Part shown: positions 1-13,559 of the stretch, piece after piece | How the letters are laid out: every line of letters begins with the position of its first letter | Position numbering within the stretch: position 1 is the stretch's first letter | Notes under the pieces: generated by a model | What the model was told of the DNA's origin: nothing | Database searches by the model: none | Seen by the model: only the letters and a program-made list of their open reading frames with translations | Source: the human T2T-CHM13v2.0 reference genome, Homo sapiens | Assembly: GCF_009914755.1 (NCBI RefSeq) | Contig: NC_060930.1 | Length of the DNA: 64,000 bases | Strand: one strand, 5' to 3' | Translations under genes and position numbers: made by a program

Positions 1-212
1 TGCCAGGCACTATTCTAAATATTTTACATATATTCTCATTTAATCCTCCCTAATCCTTTGAGGTGGATACTTCCATTATTCCCAATAAGCAGATATTCCT
101 TACCAGTAAGGAAACCAAAGGATAAAATGTAATTTACTAGAGGTGAAGCCCAGGTTTAAACTCAGGCAGTCTGGTGCCAAAGACTGTACCCTTAACTATT
201 ATATGCTGCCTA
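1..212 (-). mobile_element. MIR SINE fragment
   Basis: tgccaggcactattctaa...ctcatttaatcctc...ggtttaaactcaggcagtctgg resembles the MIR core. Confidence 0.75.
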
Positions 213-1659
213 TGCAGATCAATATTAGAAAAGAAAGACTGAAAGAAAACATGCCAAAGTATGTACAGCAGTTAAGGAGTGAGACTGATTAATTTTTGAG
301 CTGTTCTGTTTTCCAAACTTTCTCTATAGAGCATACGTTCATTCTAATTTTTTATAACTCAATCTACCTCAAGGAATTCAAAAAAGCAGTAGGAAAACTC
401 TAAAATATCTAAAGAGACTAGCTTAAATTCAAAGACTGACAAAAATAAACCTAGAGATAAAGATGCAAGGAATTTAAATTTATTTAATCATAAAAAAGAA
501 ACACTAATGCCTAAGCATATTACAGTGTATGAATGTATATTATGCTATAGAGAATGACAATTGCGTATTTGAAAATGGACTGAAAAAATGATATGCTATA
601 AAGAAATAATTCACATCAGTTTTGATTTGAAAGCTGTAAGATAATACTACAAAGCAGGCCATCAACTTTGTTGTAAGATTTGTTTGTGTAATCTTTCCCA
701 CTGAATTTTTAAACAAAAAGAGAAACATGTCAAAGATAGTTCAGGTTCAATTTTGTTTCGGAGGGAATCATATAAGGAGGAATGTTTAATTCACTATAGA
801 GCCACAATGGAAAGACCTGTTATTAACACGGGTATCAAGGAAGTAATGACAACCAAATACTCATAATTCGAGGGCCAGAATTAATCTGGGAAATTATTCA
901 ACACAGGTTGGTTTACTCCTACAGTACCATCTGGTCTCTACATCATACTGTACCAGCAAGTAGCAACCAACCAACATAGAAACAGGACAAATAAATCACT
1001 GTAATAGTAACTATAATGAATGATAGTCCCAATTTCAGTTAAAGTACAAAGAACTGGGTTGCAATATAAAAAGATAATCTTGTAGTCACCTTTTTGTCTA
1101 CAAAAAAAGGAGGGCAGGTATTGGGAATAGAAGAGTAAGGGGAAATAGTCACCTGAGCAACATAGCACCCATGATAGCTTCTCTCTTCGCTTTAATACTA
1201 TAACTAAAATAATCAGTATGCACAGCAGCTACTTTCCAGATTTCTAGATATTCAATTTTGGTGTGTAGTTGCACCTCCTGTTTGAAACATACTATGTTTT
1301 TAAAATTTAGCAGATACCATAAAGATGCATAATGTCTGAAAAGGAAAACCCAAATACTAAACTGAAATAAAATACAGAAAATGATGATTCCAAGAAGTAA
1401 GCAAAAAATTTCATGAACCAACTACATTAAGAGCACTAATAAAAAGGGTAGATATGATAATTATTAGGAATAGTATTTAATCTTCCTCCTATTTTATTTC
1501 CTGGAAACCAGTCTGATGCTAGTTCAAGTAGAAAACACACAATGACATAATGTTTTCAGTTTTAAATATTTTAAAATGTTTACAGTTGTTTTAATAACAA
1601 TTTATTTTTCTTTTAAATAAACATTTTTTAAGTTAGGTGGTTTTTTTTAATGTCAAACA

Positions 1660-2230
1660 TTTTAATCACTCAATTTTGAGTCAACAAACATTTATAGAGC
1701 ACCTATATGAGCCAAATATGGGCTAGAGAATAAGAGGGAAAAAGAAAAGACATGGTACTTACCCTCATGGAGATTGCAGTCTAGCAGGGAAGAAAGACAT
1801 GAAACAAGGACTTACAACAATGTTAAGTGTTATCAAATAGAAGGTATAGGGAAATCTTGAAATATATAGCAAAAGGGTTCTAAACACGTTGGGGCTGAGG
1901 GGTGGATATCTGGGAGTCTGGGAAAACTTCTCTGAAAAACTGACATTTAAACTAAGACCTGAAAAATGAACAGCCACAGAATGCTGATGTGAGCGCAGCA
2001 TATTCCAGGTTGAGGAAACAGCATGTGCAATAGCCTGAGGCTGGAAAGAGCATAGCATTCAAGCAACATGAAGAAGTCAAGATTGACTTGCACACAGAGT
2101 AGAGAAAGGGCAAGTGTCAAGAGAAGAGACTGAGAAGGTAGGGGAGCGGACTATATAGAGTGCTTTCTAAGCTAAGTTAGGTATTTTGGACTAAATTCCA
2201 GTAATAACGGGTTGAAGTTTTGGGGGAGAA
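1660..2230. mobile_element. L2 LINE 3' fragment
   Basis: tcaacaaacatttatagagcacctatatgagcca...ccctcatggagattgcagtctag resembles the L2 3' end. Confidence 0.65.
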
Positions 2231-2756
2231 AAGAATGGAGTAATATACATAGTAAGATTTACTTTGGGATAACTCATTGCAGTTTTCTCTTGACCACAAT
2301 GAGAATGAATTGGAAAGGATATAAGTAAAAGCAAAAGCTAACTTTGCAAAAAAATCAAAGGGTTCTGAAAACAAAATTTCATTTTAGAAAAAATTTAATC
2401 AGCTTGACACCAAAATTATCAACACTTTCCCAAGGAATTAAATACCTGATCTCATAAGTATCTGGCACTATATAAAAACTTGAAAAGAACACACCATGTT
2501 TCATTGTTTCTAGAGTTCAAATACTGAGGCAAAATTCAAACACCTGCTATTACCAAATCAACAAATGGACAGAGCTGGCACATTAACACATAAAGAATTT
2601 CACAGAGAAGGCAAAAAGGTGCTATATAAATGTGACATAAAGTTAAAAGCATAAGATCTGAGGTACATGCATACATATACACACAAAAACAGAGATATAA
2701 TGTCATTGGTTACTGCTTTTCTAAGCTTCAGTTTCCTCATTAATAAAGTAAGATCA

Positions 2757-3050
2757 GCTGAGTGTGGTGGCTCACACCTGTAATCCTAGCACTTTGGGAG
2801 ACCGAGGTGGATCACTTGAGGTCACGAGTTCGAGACCAGCCTGGCCAACATGGTGAAACCCCGTCTCTACTAAAAATACAAAAATTAGCCGGGTGTGGTG
2901 GTGCATGCCTGCAGTCTCAGCTACTTGAGGGGCTGAGGCAGGAGAATGGCTTGAACCTGGGAGGAGCAAGTTGGAGTGAGCCGACATTGCGCCACTGCAC
3001 TTCAGCCTGGGCAACAGAGCGAGACTCAATCTCAAAAGAATAAAATTAAA
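2757..3050 (+). mobile_element. AluS (Sx/Sz-like), antisense to PHIP, in intron 6
   Basis: Full dimeric Alu with TACTAAAAATACAAAAATTAGC linker and A-rich tail. Confidence 0.93.
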
Positions 3051-6000
3051 TTAAAAATGTAGGGTTATCTTAAAGAGTTGCTATAGAAAACAGACGAGAC
3101 AAAATGTTTTGCAAATTCAAAGGTATTTTATACTAACATTGATATGGACTGTCCCTAAACAATCAAATCTTCATGTGCCATAAAAGTTAATTTAACTGAA
3201 CATAGTTTTCTTTTACTTTTTAAAAGACTTTTGTTGGAGCCCAATTTTCCCCGAGGCTTCCTTATGGAGCTGAACAAATTATTCCTTTGTTTATAAAAAT
3301 ATCTATTCAGCCTGATCTGATCATGGACTTCCCAGGTCCAAAAGATGTCTAAGAAAACACTGAATACGTAACTTTAAAGGATCCCTGAAGAAATTCAAAA
3401 TAAAAAGTCATGACCTTATGAGAAAATAATATCATAATTTGCTTCACCTACACAGATATGAGTATTCAACAAAATCAAACCCAATAATCACTCTGGAAAA
3501 ATATGTGATGCAAACTAAAAGGGAAAATGGCTAGTGATTCCTAATTACTACTGGAATTGCTTGCCAGATGGTTTATATGAAGTGGAGGGGATATCCCTCA
3601 TCACATCTATAACCTAAAAACAAATGTTATCCTATTAGTTACAGAAGAAATTAAAACACAGCTAGCTACAAAAGCAACAATTTAAACTCACCTAAGGGAG
3701 TTTCATTTCTTCAAAGTTTTGCCCCCTTTTTTTTGTCAACCATTAATTTCAAAAGAAATTTAAGCAGAGGAAAAAATAAATAAATATATATTTTGTACAT
3801 CTGATACTTTGGCATAATGAACATTATTTCCCTAAAAAAAAAAAAAATGCTAATACACCTTGCAAGTCTCTCACAGCTAACCTGTTTTTAAGAGGCAAAA
3901 AAAAGGGAGGAAATAGAAAGGCAGGGGAGGGGCTAGGGAGAAAATAGTTAATAAAACAACAAAACCTGTGTCAAATAGAAATATGAAGATCATTCAGGGA
4001 AAACACTAAAAAACAAAGACCAAGACAAAAAAGAATATAACTGAGTCAACAATCATTAAACCAAAAAAAAAAAAAGCGAAGTATAAAACCTTTATAAGAC
4101 TAAAATTATGACTAGAAAAACAGAAAATGAGCTCTAAAAGTAAAAATGGTTACTGAGAAACAATAGGTTAAAATAAATATATTTAAATAAGTGATGAGTA
4201 GATATCTAACTAGGAATAAAGTATGGATTGAGTAAGAAAATGGAAAGAAAAAACACTGAATATAGCATATTAGAAAAAGATAAGTGAACAGGAAAAAAAC
4301 CCCATATATTATATCCTATAATTTGCTGAATTATATGTAACTGTTAACTTATATATTAAAATTATGTAATCTCATATATTTGTAATATAAAAAAATTCTA
4401 ATAATTATGTAAGAAATATATGAGGAAAAATATAAACCTAAGAGTCTAAGAAAAAAAAACCTTGATTGAATAAATTTAAGAAATTACCAGCTACAGAAAA
4501 TTCAAACACAATATTGGAAATATGGCAAAATATAGCACAAGGTGAGAAAGAAGAGTCTTCTCTACAAAGATTTGCATCTAGCTTTAAGTGACTGTTTGCT
4601 GTCTTTATTCAAACTAGTTTTCTCAGAGAATCACAAAATTATAAATGTAGACAAGATTTAAGACTTTTTTTTTTTTTAAATGCAAAGGCTTCTTAGCATT
4701 AATTGGATGTCTGGGTAGTGAAGCTACTTTTCAAGGCAAAGTTTTTTCCTTACCCTCAAACATGTTTAAGAATCAGGATTCTCAAAACTCCTTATCCTCA
4801 CACAAAACTGCAGAACTTAATAGCAAACCTCCACAGACAAGTAAAATAAAAATATGGAAATACTTAGGCAAAACACCAAAAACGATGACAAATGAAAGAC
4901 CTAGAGATAAAAAGTTTACTTTGCTAACATGTCAAATGTAAGAAAAATGCAAACAAAGCAATCAGCAGAAATTGCTTTAATTTAATGTATTACAATCTTT
5001 TTCACAAGATAAACATGCATTAAACCAACTTCCAAATTTAATCTTAAAAACCCCTTTAATGTATTTAGGTCTCTTCTTTCCTATCTCCCCTTACTCATGC
5101 ACATTTATTACTGAAGTATAAGCAAATATAGAATAAACTATATCTGAAAACAGGCATAATGTGGGTATGGAGGTAAGAGAAAGGACAATACTAAAGATTC
5201 GCTAATACCTTTGGAAGTAAATGCTGCTATGCCAAGTACACACTCACATCTCTCTTCCACAATAAAAGAATCACAAGCTAGTAATAACAACAGATCAGTG
5301 GGATCTTTTGTCTTTGCTTTTGAAAACAGTATTAAAGGAGGTTCTAGAGCACTGGAAGGCAGGTGAACCACTTTGGGTCTCTTGCTGAGACTGAGTTCTA
5401 GTTCAATTTTCACAACTTACATCAAAGACCAAAAGGTTCAAAGTAGTTGGGAATTCTAAGCACATAATAAAATAAAACAGGATAAGAAAACACTGAGACA
5501 AGCTCAAGTGGCTTCTCAAATTGTATAGGTATGTATTTTATATTCCAAGTGTAATGAACTGATAACTCAGTCTACTCATAAACCTTAATTTCTTAAAAAT
5601 CAGTTTCTGGTTTGGTGATTTTATCTTCTCTTACCACAAAGCTATTCTTGGATCAAGCTTCTCTTCTTTCTACCAACCTTCATTCCATTTTTGTAATACC
5701 TTACCCACCTTTGAACTTTACTTGTCCCATCCCAGTGTATGAATTTCATCAACTACCTACTACTTTTCATTTAATATTTACTAATGCTGAAGAGTTGGGT
5801 CTCTAAAGAGCAATAAAACATAATGTCTGTCCTCCAGGACCTAACAGTATAGTAGAGGAAACAAAGGTAAATAAATAGCCATAACCATGTGATAAAATCA
5901 ATAGTAGAGATAAGTAAAACCACTTAATTCTGCCCAGTTTAACATCTGAGTTTTAAAGGATAAACAGATATTTGTACAACGTACAGAAAACAGAGGGGCA

Positions 6001-6245
6001 TTCCAGGGAGAAATAAAACATGTGAGGAGACAAAAGGATGAAAACCAACATGGCTGATTCTAAGAACTGCCAAAGAGTTGTACTAAGCTAGAGCACAAAG
6101 TGCAGGTGAGGACATGGCAGGAAAAGTGGGAAAAGGTCAGTCTTGTGTGACACATTAAAATGGTTGACACTATCATTCAGTCACTCTCAATGGGGGAAAG
6201 GAGGAGGCATGACATGGTAATATGTGCACTTCAAAAAGTTTAGAG

Positions 6246-6449
6246 CAGTGATAATTTTGCCCAGGAGATATTTGGCAATGTCTGGAGACTTTTTAAATTG
6301 TGACAAGGGGGTAGTGGGGATGCTACTGGCAATTAGCAAGCAGAGGCCAGGGATGCTAATAAACATCCAACAATGCATAGGAAAGCTGCCTACATCCAGG
6401 AATTATCTGGCCCAAAATGTCTCAACAGTGCCAAGGTTAAAAAACCCTG
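6246..6449. mobile_element. MER20 (hAT-Charlie) DNA transposon
   Basis: atttggcaatgtctggagac...gaggccagggatgctaataaacatcc...aattatctggcccaaaatgtc. Confidence 0.8.
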
Positions 6450-6979
6450 GTTAGAATCTGACTCCTAGGATACATACAGGAATAGACTAGGGGCAGGGGC
6501 TCAAGTAGCAATTAAGTTCTGGGAGAGCAGAGGTCTTGTTCTTGCTTATCCGCAACTCCAGACCCTAGCCCAGTGCCAGATATAATTAGAGATATACAAT
6601 ATTTACTCAGCGAGTGAATGAATAATGTAGAACTCCAAGCAAGAAGTACCAAGGCCTGAAATGTGGCTGTGGCAATGATAATGGAGAACAAATTCAAGAA
6701 AGTAGAATAAACAGGTATTATTTATTAAACGGACATAAGAAATGAACAGTAAATCTAAAATAAAATTATCTCCAGGCTTCTGGCTTGGAGTAACAAGGTT
6801 CAGAGAGTGTCAAAAATTACATTTTAGGTATTTTTAAGTTTGAGATGAATGTGAGATATTCAAGAGGTCCAACAGTTTCCATATGGTTTGAAATATCTAA
6901 GAAAATCCAATTTTGCCACAAGCTTAACCTAAAATTATCCTCTGAACTACAGTAAGGAGTCCAATAAAAAATTAACAAA

Positions 6980-7245
6980 CCCTATGTCAAGTACGGTATC
7001 CTGGACTGGATCCTGGAATAAGAAAACGTAATTAGTGGGAAAACTTAGTGAGACATGAATAAGGTCTGCTGTTTAGTTAACAGTAATGCACCAATATTGG
7101 CTTAGTAGTTCTGAGAAATAGACCAGGTAATGCAAAAGTATAACATTTGGGGAAACTGCATGAGGGGTATACAGGAGCTCTTTAAACCATCTGTGTAACT
7201 TCTCAGTAAATAATTTCTTACTCCAAAATTAAAAGTTTATTTAAA
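6980..7245 (+). mobile_element. Old L1M 3' end fragment
   Basis: atcctggactggatcctggaa...gaggggtatacaggagctct...ccaaaattaaaagtttattt. Confidence 0.65.
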
Positions 7246-7993
7246 GAAAAACTACTACCCCAAATGTGTCAAAATTTTAATATTTGGGATCTATATTAAA
7301 CGTTTAAATCTACGTACGTATCTTAAGAAAAGCTAAAATATCAAGAATTTTTTCTTACCTCCACTGATACTTGGTAATACCACACTGACCAAGGAAAGAG
7401 CAAAGAAAACTTTTAAAGGTAGCCAGACAGAAAATGGCAAAGACTCAACAAAAGAAGAAATAAGTCAGTACTACAAACATTCATATATATTTTTTTCAAT
7501 CTTCTGAACCATACTGTAACAGCTTGAAATAATGCATTGTACCACTATGCAGGCAACTATTCTGGCAAGAAGACTGATGAATTATTTCTCCCCAACACCA
7601 TCCTGTTCATTACTTTATAGCGATAATAAAACAAAATATATACCATGGTGAACTCTAGCAAAACACAGACACTAACCTATGACTATGCAAGTTGAGTCAT
7701 TTTGGTCAGTCTAGCTTCTCTGCAGTGCTTTCAAAAAATATATGTAAATACAATTTTTAAAAGTAGGCAAAATGGGCAATCCACTACAGGTGTTTCTTAA
7801 AATAAAGCAAAGATTTTCCTGAAAATCACAATGGAAGAGAGAGAGAAAAAAATTATCTTAAACTCTAAAAATAAAATAGTCTTTCAGAAAGGTACATCAA
7901 TCACCTGCTTGGCAATTAATTCTGTTACCTAAATGAATCAATTACATTTCTATGCTTGGATGCAAAACCCAAGGTATTTTTGCCATACGTATA

Positions 7994-8072
7994 TATAGGG
8001 TTCTGTACCATCTGTTGTCTCCGACATCCACTACGGATCTCAGAATGTATCTCCTGTGAATAAGGGAAGATA
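7994..8072. mobile_element. MER44/Tigger-type terminal fragment
   Basis: tatagggttctgtaccatctg...catccact...gaatgtatctcctgtgaataaggg resembles the MER44 end. Confidence 0.55.
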
Positions 8073-8243
8073 AATGTTCCTCTCTCCTTGTCAGCAGTAT
8101 TTACTAATCTGACCATCAACGACGTGGCCTAAAATATTATATTTGATTTTATAAATATTTGGTTCCCTTTTACAAAAAATGACTAACACCAATTTTCTTG
8201 AGTAGCCAAGTGTTATTATTAATAAATTCAGTTTACTGGGAAT

Positions 8244-8470
8244 AAAGCATAGCATAATGGAGTCAAACAGTCTGGGTTGAATCCTGGCTTCACTTCTCAC
8301 TGCATGTGTGAACTTGGTCAAGTTACCAAAATCTTTCCATGCTTCAGTCTCCTCTGTAAAATAAGCATAATAGTTCCTACCTATAGAACATTTAAGGTTT
8401 TAAAAGAGTAAATAAATAGAAAATGCTTAGAACAGTGTCTGGCATACAGGAATTACTCACAAAGCAAATG
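8244..8470 (+). mobile_element. MIR SINE
   Basis: ctgggttgaatcctggcttcacttctcactgcatgtgtgaacttgg...ctgtaaaata...aatgcttagaacagtgtctggcatac. Confidence 0.8.
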
Positions 8471-8859
8471 TTATTTACCATCAATCATTCTTACACTTTC
8501 ATTACCTACCACAGGCCTGACTGACAATGTACTGAAAGAACAAGCATAACGTGTTCTCCTTATTATGTGGATCTATAGTTTTTCAAAGACAGGATAAACT
8601 TTTCCTAAATGGGAAAACTCCTATAATATTTTATCTTTCCCTTCTTGCAGGAATCCTATTATACCACCTTAGAATACTTTTCTAAGTACAAATATACCCT
8701 CGTCTCTCAAATTTTTTTGTTGTTTTAATGGTTGTTTATTATAGCAAGATTATATATTGAAATTATTTAAACAGGACAATCTTATGTTTTAAAAAAAATC
8801 ATAGATGATTACCCACCACGCAGATATCACATACGTTATCTCTGAAAAGTAAGTCAGAG

Positions 8860-9307
8860 CAAACAATTCAGAATACATCAGAGAGTCAAAAACATGTAAA
8901 ACATAGAAGAAAGGATAACGAAGCAGATAAAGTGTTTAAGTCCCATAGGAAAGGAGAGAGAAAGGAACACAGAGGTTATTTTAAGATAATGACTGAGAAT
9001 TTTTCAATGTCAATAAAAGACATTTCCAGAATCTAAGCAAGACAAATTTTTAAAAAATTTACATCAAGACATATCATACTCAAACTGCAGAAAACCAGAA
9101 AGAGAAAAAATCTTAAAAACAATTAGAGAAAAAGGGATTGCCTTCAAAGTAGCAAGTTAGATAGTAGATTTAAACCCAAGTACATCAATGATTATATGTA
9201 AATGACTAAATGTTCCAGATAAAACACAGATTATCATATTGTATTTTTAAAAGCCACTTTTATATTTTTAAAAGACAAGAAATAAAAGGAAACAAAAAGT
9301 TGAAAGC

Positions 9308-9312
<5 letters not shown>
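8860..9312 (+). mobile_element. Degraded L1M ORF1/ORF2 fragment
   Basis: ataatgactgagaatttt...catatcatactcaaactgcagaaaacc...aaaatcttaaaa. Confidence 0.6.

Positions 9313-9342
<30 letters not shown>
9313..9342. repeat. (TA)15 microsatellite
   Basis: Direct reading. Confidence 0.95.
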
Positions 9343-9345
<3 letters not shown>

Positions 9346-10165
9346 GCCAAACAAAAGTCATATAAACTTACGATCTGTATAATAAGTATCCAGAAAAGGA
9401 AGAATTAAGTAAGATTTGAACAGGTGGAAGAAAGAAGAGTAACATTCCTGGCTAGGCAGGAACATGAGAGTGGAAAAGAAGCTATGATTGAACTTTGAAG
9501 GTCTCTGAAAATTAGGAGTACACTTAGAGAAAGTACAACACTATTAAAATATCTTAACCTCTTTATACTATCTTCAGCAGAAGAGTGACACAACAAAGGT
9601 AGAACTGAATAAGGTTACTATTACAGTGTTACACACTATACTGGGAGGGAGAGAGAGATAGAAGACACCATAGGCAAGAAGATTAGTTTGGATGATGCTG
9701 TATTAATCCGGGTAAGGCAAGGGCCTGGTAGTAGCAGATGTGAAAGGCATGAACCTAGGAGGCATCTCAAGAAGACATACTTGCATCAGTACTCCCTCTT
9801 TGAAACTTTAGCCAAAAAAAGAAAAAAAAAAAAAGTACTGTGCTCTTAAAAAGATAACTACTTTTGTCTCCTACCATTATAACTAATCTGAATTATATAT
9901 TGATTCTACTAACTCGACCTAATAATATATACCTTAATATGGAACTTTCGTAAAAATAAAATTCCAATGAGCTAATTGGCCTACATAAGGTGCAATGTGC
10001 ACAATCCCTCATTATACATGACTTTTTCACTATTAAAACTACTACTAAGAAAAAAAATCTATTTTTTTCTTTTTGAATGCAGATGTACATAATATGAAGT
10101 TCTCTAATACCACAGTAACTAAAAAACCTTTTCATTTTCAAAAGCTCTTTACCAAGAGGCTATTA

Positions 10166-10309
<144 letters not shown>

Positions 10310-10364
10310 TTATGCATACAAAGAACACAAAAACAAAAGTGAGATAAATAATGTCTAAATCCTA

Positions 10365-10532
<168 letters not shown>

Positions 10533-11043
10533 CTATTATGTAAAAGACAAATATAGTAGGTTTCAGTTTATCATTTTAATTTTCAAAATCTTTGAGCAAC
10601 AATAAAAAAATTCATCCAAGTATAAAATATTTTGTTTTGCGTCTTTGATGTAAAGTAAATCTCCAGAATAATTAAGAATTAAGAACTGATAGTTTGTTAT
10701 TAAAAAATTTAAGAACACTTAACATCTATGCTGAATTTCATAATTTACCAAAAACCTTACAGAGAGAAAGGCAAAATTCCAACTGCTGCTTTAAATATCT
10801 TTCAATCATAAAATAAAGCTACCCACTATAAAAAGTTTGAGCACTTTTGGAACAACTTCAAAATACTGCTTAATTTATACCGGCATTTGAAACCATGACA
10901 TGAAATGCTAATATTTTTATTAGTCTTTCAGTAAATAAACAATATTCACTATCTAAATAAAATTATATTGGAAAAAAATACTATTGTATTACTTCATAAT
11001 TAGCTATCAAGTTAGAAAAAAATTTCCACAGTAGTATCTAGTT

Positions 11044-11495
11044 CAGCTATTCTCAAAGTATGTTTTGGGAACCCCTGGAGGTCCCTCAGATAAAACTTAT
11101 GAATAACACTATATTAGTTGTTTTTCACTTTTTCTCATGAATGCACGGTGGAGGTTTCCACAGGACACATAACATGTGATGTCTTAACAGACTGAATGCA
11201 GAAGCAGATAGGAAAATGTCTCCTCTATTAAGCCAGATATTAAAGATTCACAGAAATGTAAAACAATGCCACGCTTCTCACAAATTTGTTTTGTTTGGGA
11301 ATAATTATTATAAAAATGTTACTTATATTAAAATAAGATTAGTTTATTAGTATTATTTAATAGGTCTCCAATATGTTAAATGCTAAGTTTCTAATATGGT
11401 AAATACCAATAGATTATAAGCTACACAAATAAAGGAACTTCAATACATTTTAGTAAGTGTAAAGGGGTCCTAAGACCAAGAAATTTGAAAATTGT
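11044..11495. mobile_element. Charlie1b-like non-autonomous hAT element
   Basis: Starts cagctattctcaaagt...cccctggaggtccc; ends gtgtaaaggggtcctaagaccaagaaatttgaaa. Confidence 0.7.
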
Positions 11496-13128
11496 TCCTC
11501 AAGTTTACCAAGTAATGGCAACTTTAACATGAATTCCTTTTGATAAGACTGATGTGGGGGGAGGTGAGGATTTAAATCATCTCATTCCATCTTGCAATAT
11601 CTGCTATACTCTTAACTGCAGAAATCCATGAATGATATGTTTTTAAAGGTAGCTAATACCCATCTAAACTGAAGCCAATAGGAGAAACCTACCTTACTCT
11701 TTATCAAAATACACTCCTTCTTTCACAAAGATAACATGGAGCCATACTGCCACCAAATAATCTTTGGTAAGATTATTTAAAACAGCAGTTTGGCATACAG
11801 TAGGTGATAAGCCAGTAAAATGAGTATTTTTGGAAAAAGGAGTTCTAATACAGTTTGTATCATATGAATTATACATATTACCTCCTTGTTTTGCAGTCAA
11901 AAAGCACACTGACATTGAAGTCTCTGAAAAATCCTGAGATTATTTCCCAAACTCATTTAGCTACAGAATCCCTTTTTTCCCTAATAATATCTATCATATT
12001 CACTCAGAACATACTTTAGGAAACACTAGTATGATTAGCTAAATTAAAAAGCATTTAAAAGAAAACTTACCAAAATGAGTTTTTAAAATCGTATACTTTT
12101 CTTTAATCTTCCCCAAAATAATTTACTCAAAAATAAAATTTAGAAGTCTAGAATACTTGTAAGGTTGCTTCCAGTTCTAAGCTTGCAAATGATTATTTTA
12201 ATGTGACTTAATTGATCAAAATTCCTTTTAAAAATTTTACTTTAAAGAAGATGGAAGTTCATTACTTATTAACTTCAGATGTGTGATGATCCTGTTTTAG
12301 TATCCTCTGGCAAAATATATTTTCAGGTAGTGAAACTGAAAATCCTTACTGTAATATTCTATCTTTCAATAAAATATTATGAATCCACTCTGACTCAAGC
12401 TTTCTTTGGTGATTTAGAATGTTTGAATTTTTCAAAATCAACTTTCATTTTAAAGTTAGAAGAGATACTTCCAGTTCTTAAATTCCTTGTGCTTTCTCTG
12501 GCTTTTGAGACTTTATACAAGCTGATGCCTCTGCTGGCAATCTTGTCTTACCTGCTCACCTCTACACCTCATTCTCCTTCATGTCTCAGTCTATGTCTCA
12601 CTCACTGCCTTCCATGACCTATTTACACCACCTGTGCCCCTTTTTGGACACTTTGTGTTCCCACAGCACATTATACTCCTCGAATGTCCCTTCATCCCTC
12701 TAGCACTGTGTAGTACTTACCATATTAATTGTTCTTAATATATTTTGATACTTAGACTTTTAAGAATCTAATGACAGCTACGATCTTCTTCCCTGCAAAA
12801 ATACACAAGCCCTACCATTATGTGCCCTGTTTTGGGGGTTCATAAGACTCATGCACTATACTAAAATTGCCAGTTTACTTGTCTGTGTCCTGCATAAGGA
12901 GAGATTGGGCCATGTTTACCTCTGTCTACCCAATACCTAATGCAGTACTTATAGTTAAGTGCTTAATAAAGTTCTAGTTGGATATATGAAGATTTAAGAA
13001 TATGCAGAAACGACTGACTTCCCCACTCTCAAAAAACCCAAAACATTTTGTTAGCACCTATCCCAGCACATAAAAATAGATGCAGTAAAATTTTTTTACA
13101 TGGTATAATTCTTTATTCTAATAGTTTT

Positions 13129-13428
13129 GGGGTGAGTTTGTTTGTTTTGAGACGGAGTCTCCCTCTGTCACCCAGGACGGAGTACAATGGCGGGATCTCG
13201 GCTCACTGCAACCTCCGCCTCCCAGGTTCAAGTGATTCTCCTGCCTCGCCTCCCGAGTAGCTGGAATTACAGGCGCCCCACCACCTAACCTGGCTAATTT
13301 TTGTATTTTTAGTAGAGACGGGGTTTTGCCATGTTGACCAGGCTGGTCTCGAACTTCTGACCTCAAGTAATTCGCCCCCTAGGCCTCCCAAGTGCTGGGA
13401 TTACAGGCATGAGCCACAGCGTCCGGCC
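13129..13428 (-). mobile_element. AluS, sense to PHIP, in intron 4
   Basis: Dimeric Alu; TSD ATTCTAA(T/C)AGTTTT at 13115-13128 and 13430-13443. Confidence 0.94.
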
Positions 13429-13559
13429 AATTCTAACAGTTTTAAAACACTTTTTAAAGAAAGCCTTAGAACATGTCTTCAAACAAATTTTAGACAAAAC
13501 AGATTAAAGTAAAGGTACTCAGAAAGTATCTTACTTAAGTGGCATCAGGGAACACATAT

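Noticed and set aside
2762-3043. Alu-derived ORFs (also at 13.1, 18.0, 43.5, 45.2, 46.2, 51.8 and 59.7 kb)
   Set aside because: Standard Alu translations with no evidence of independent genes
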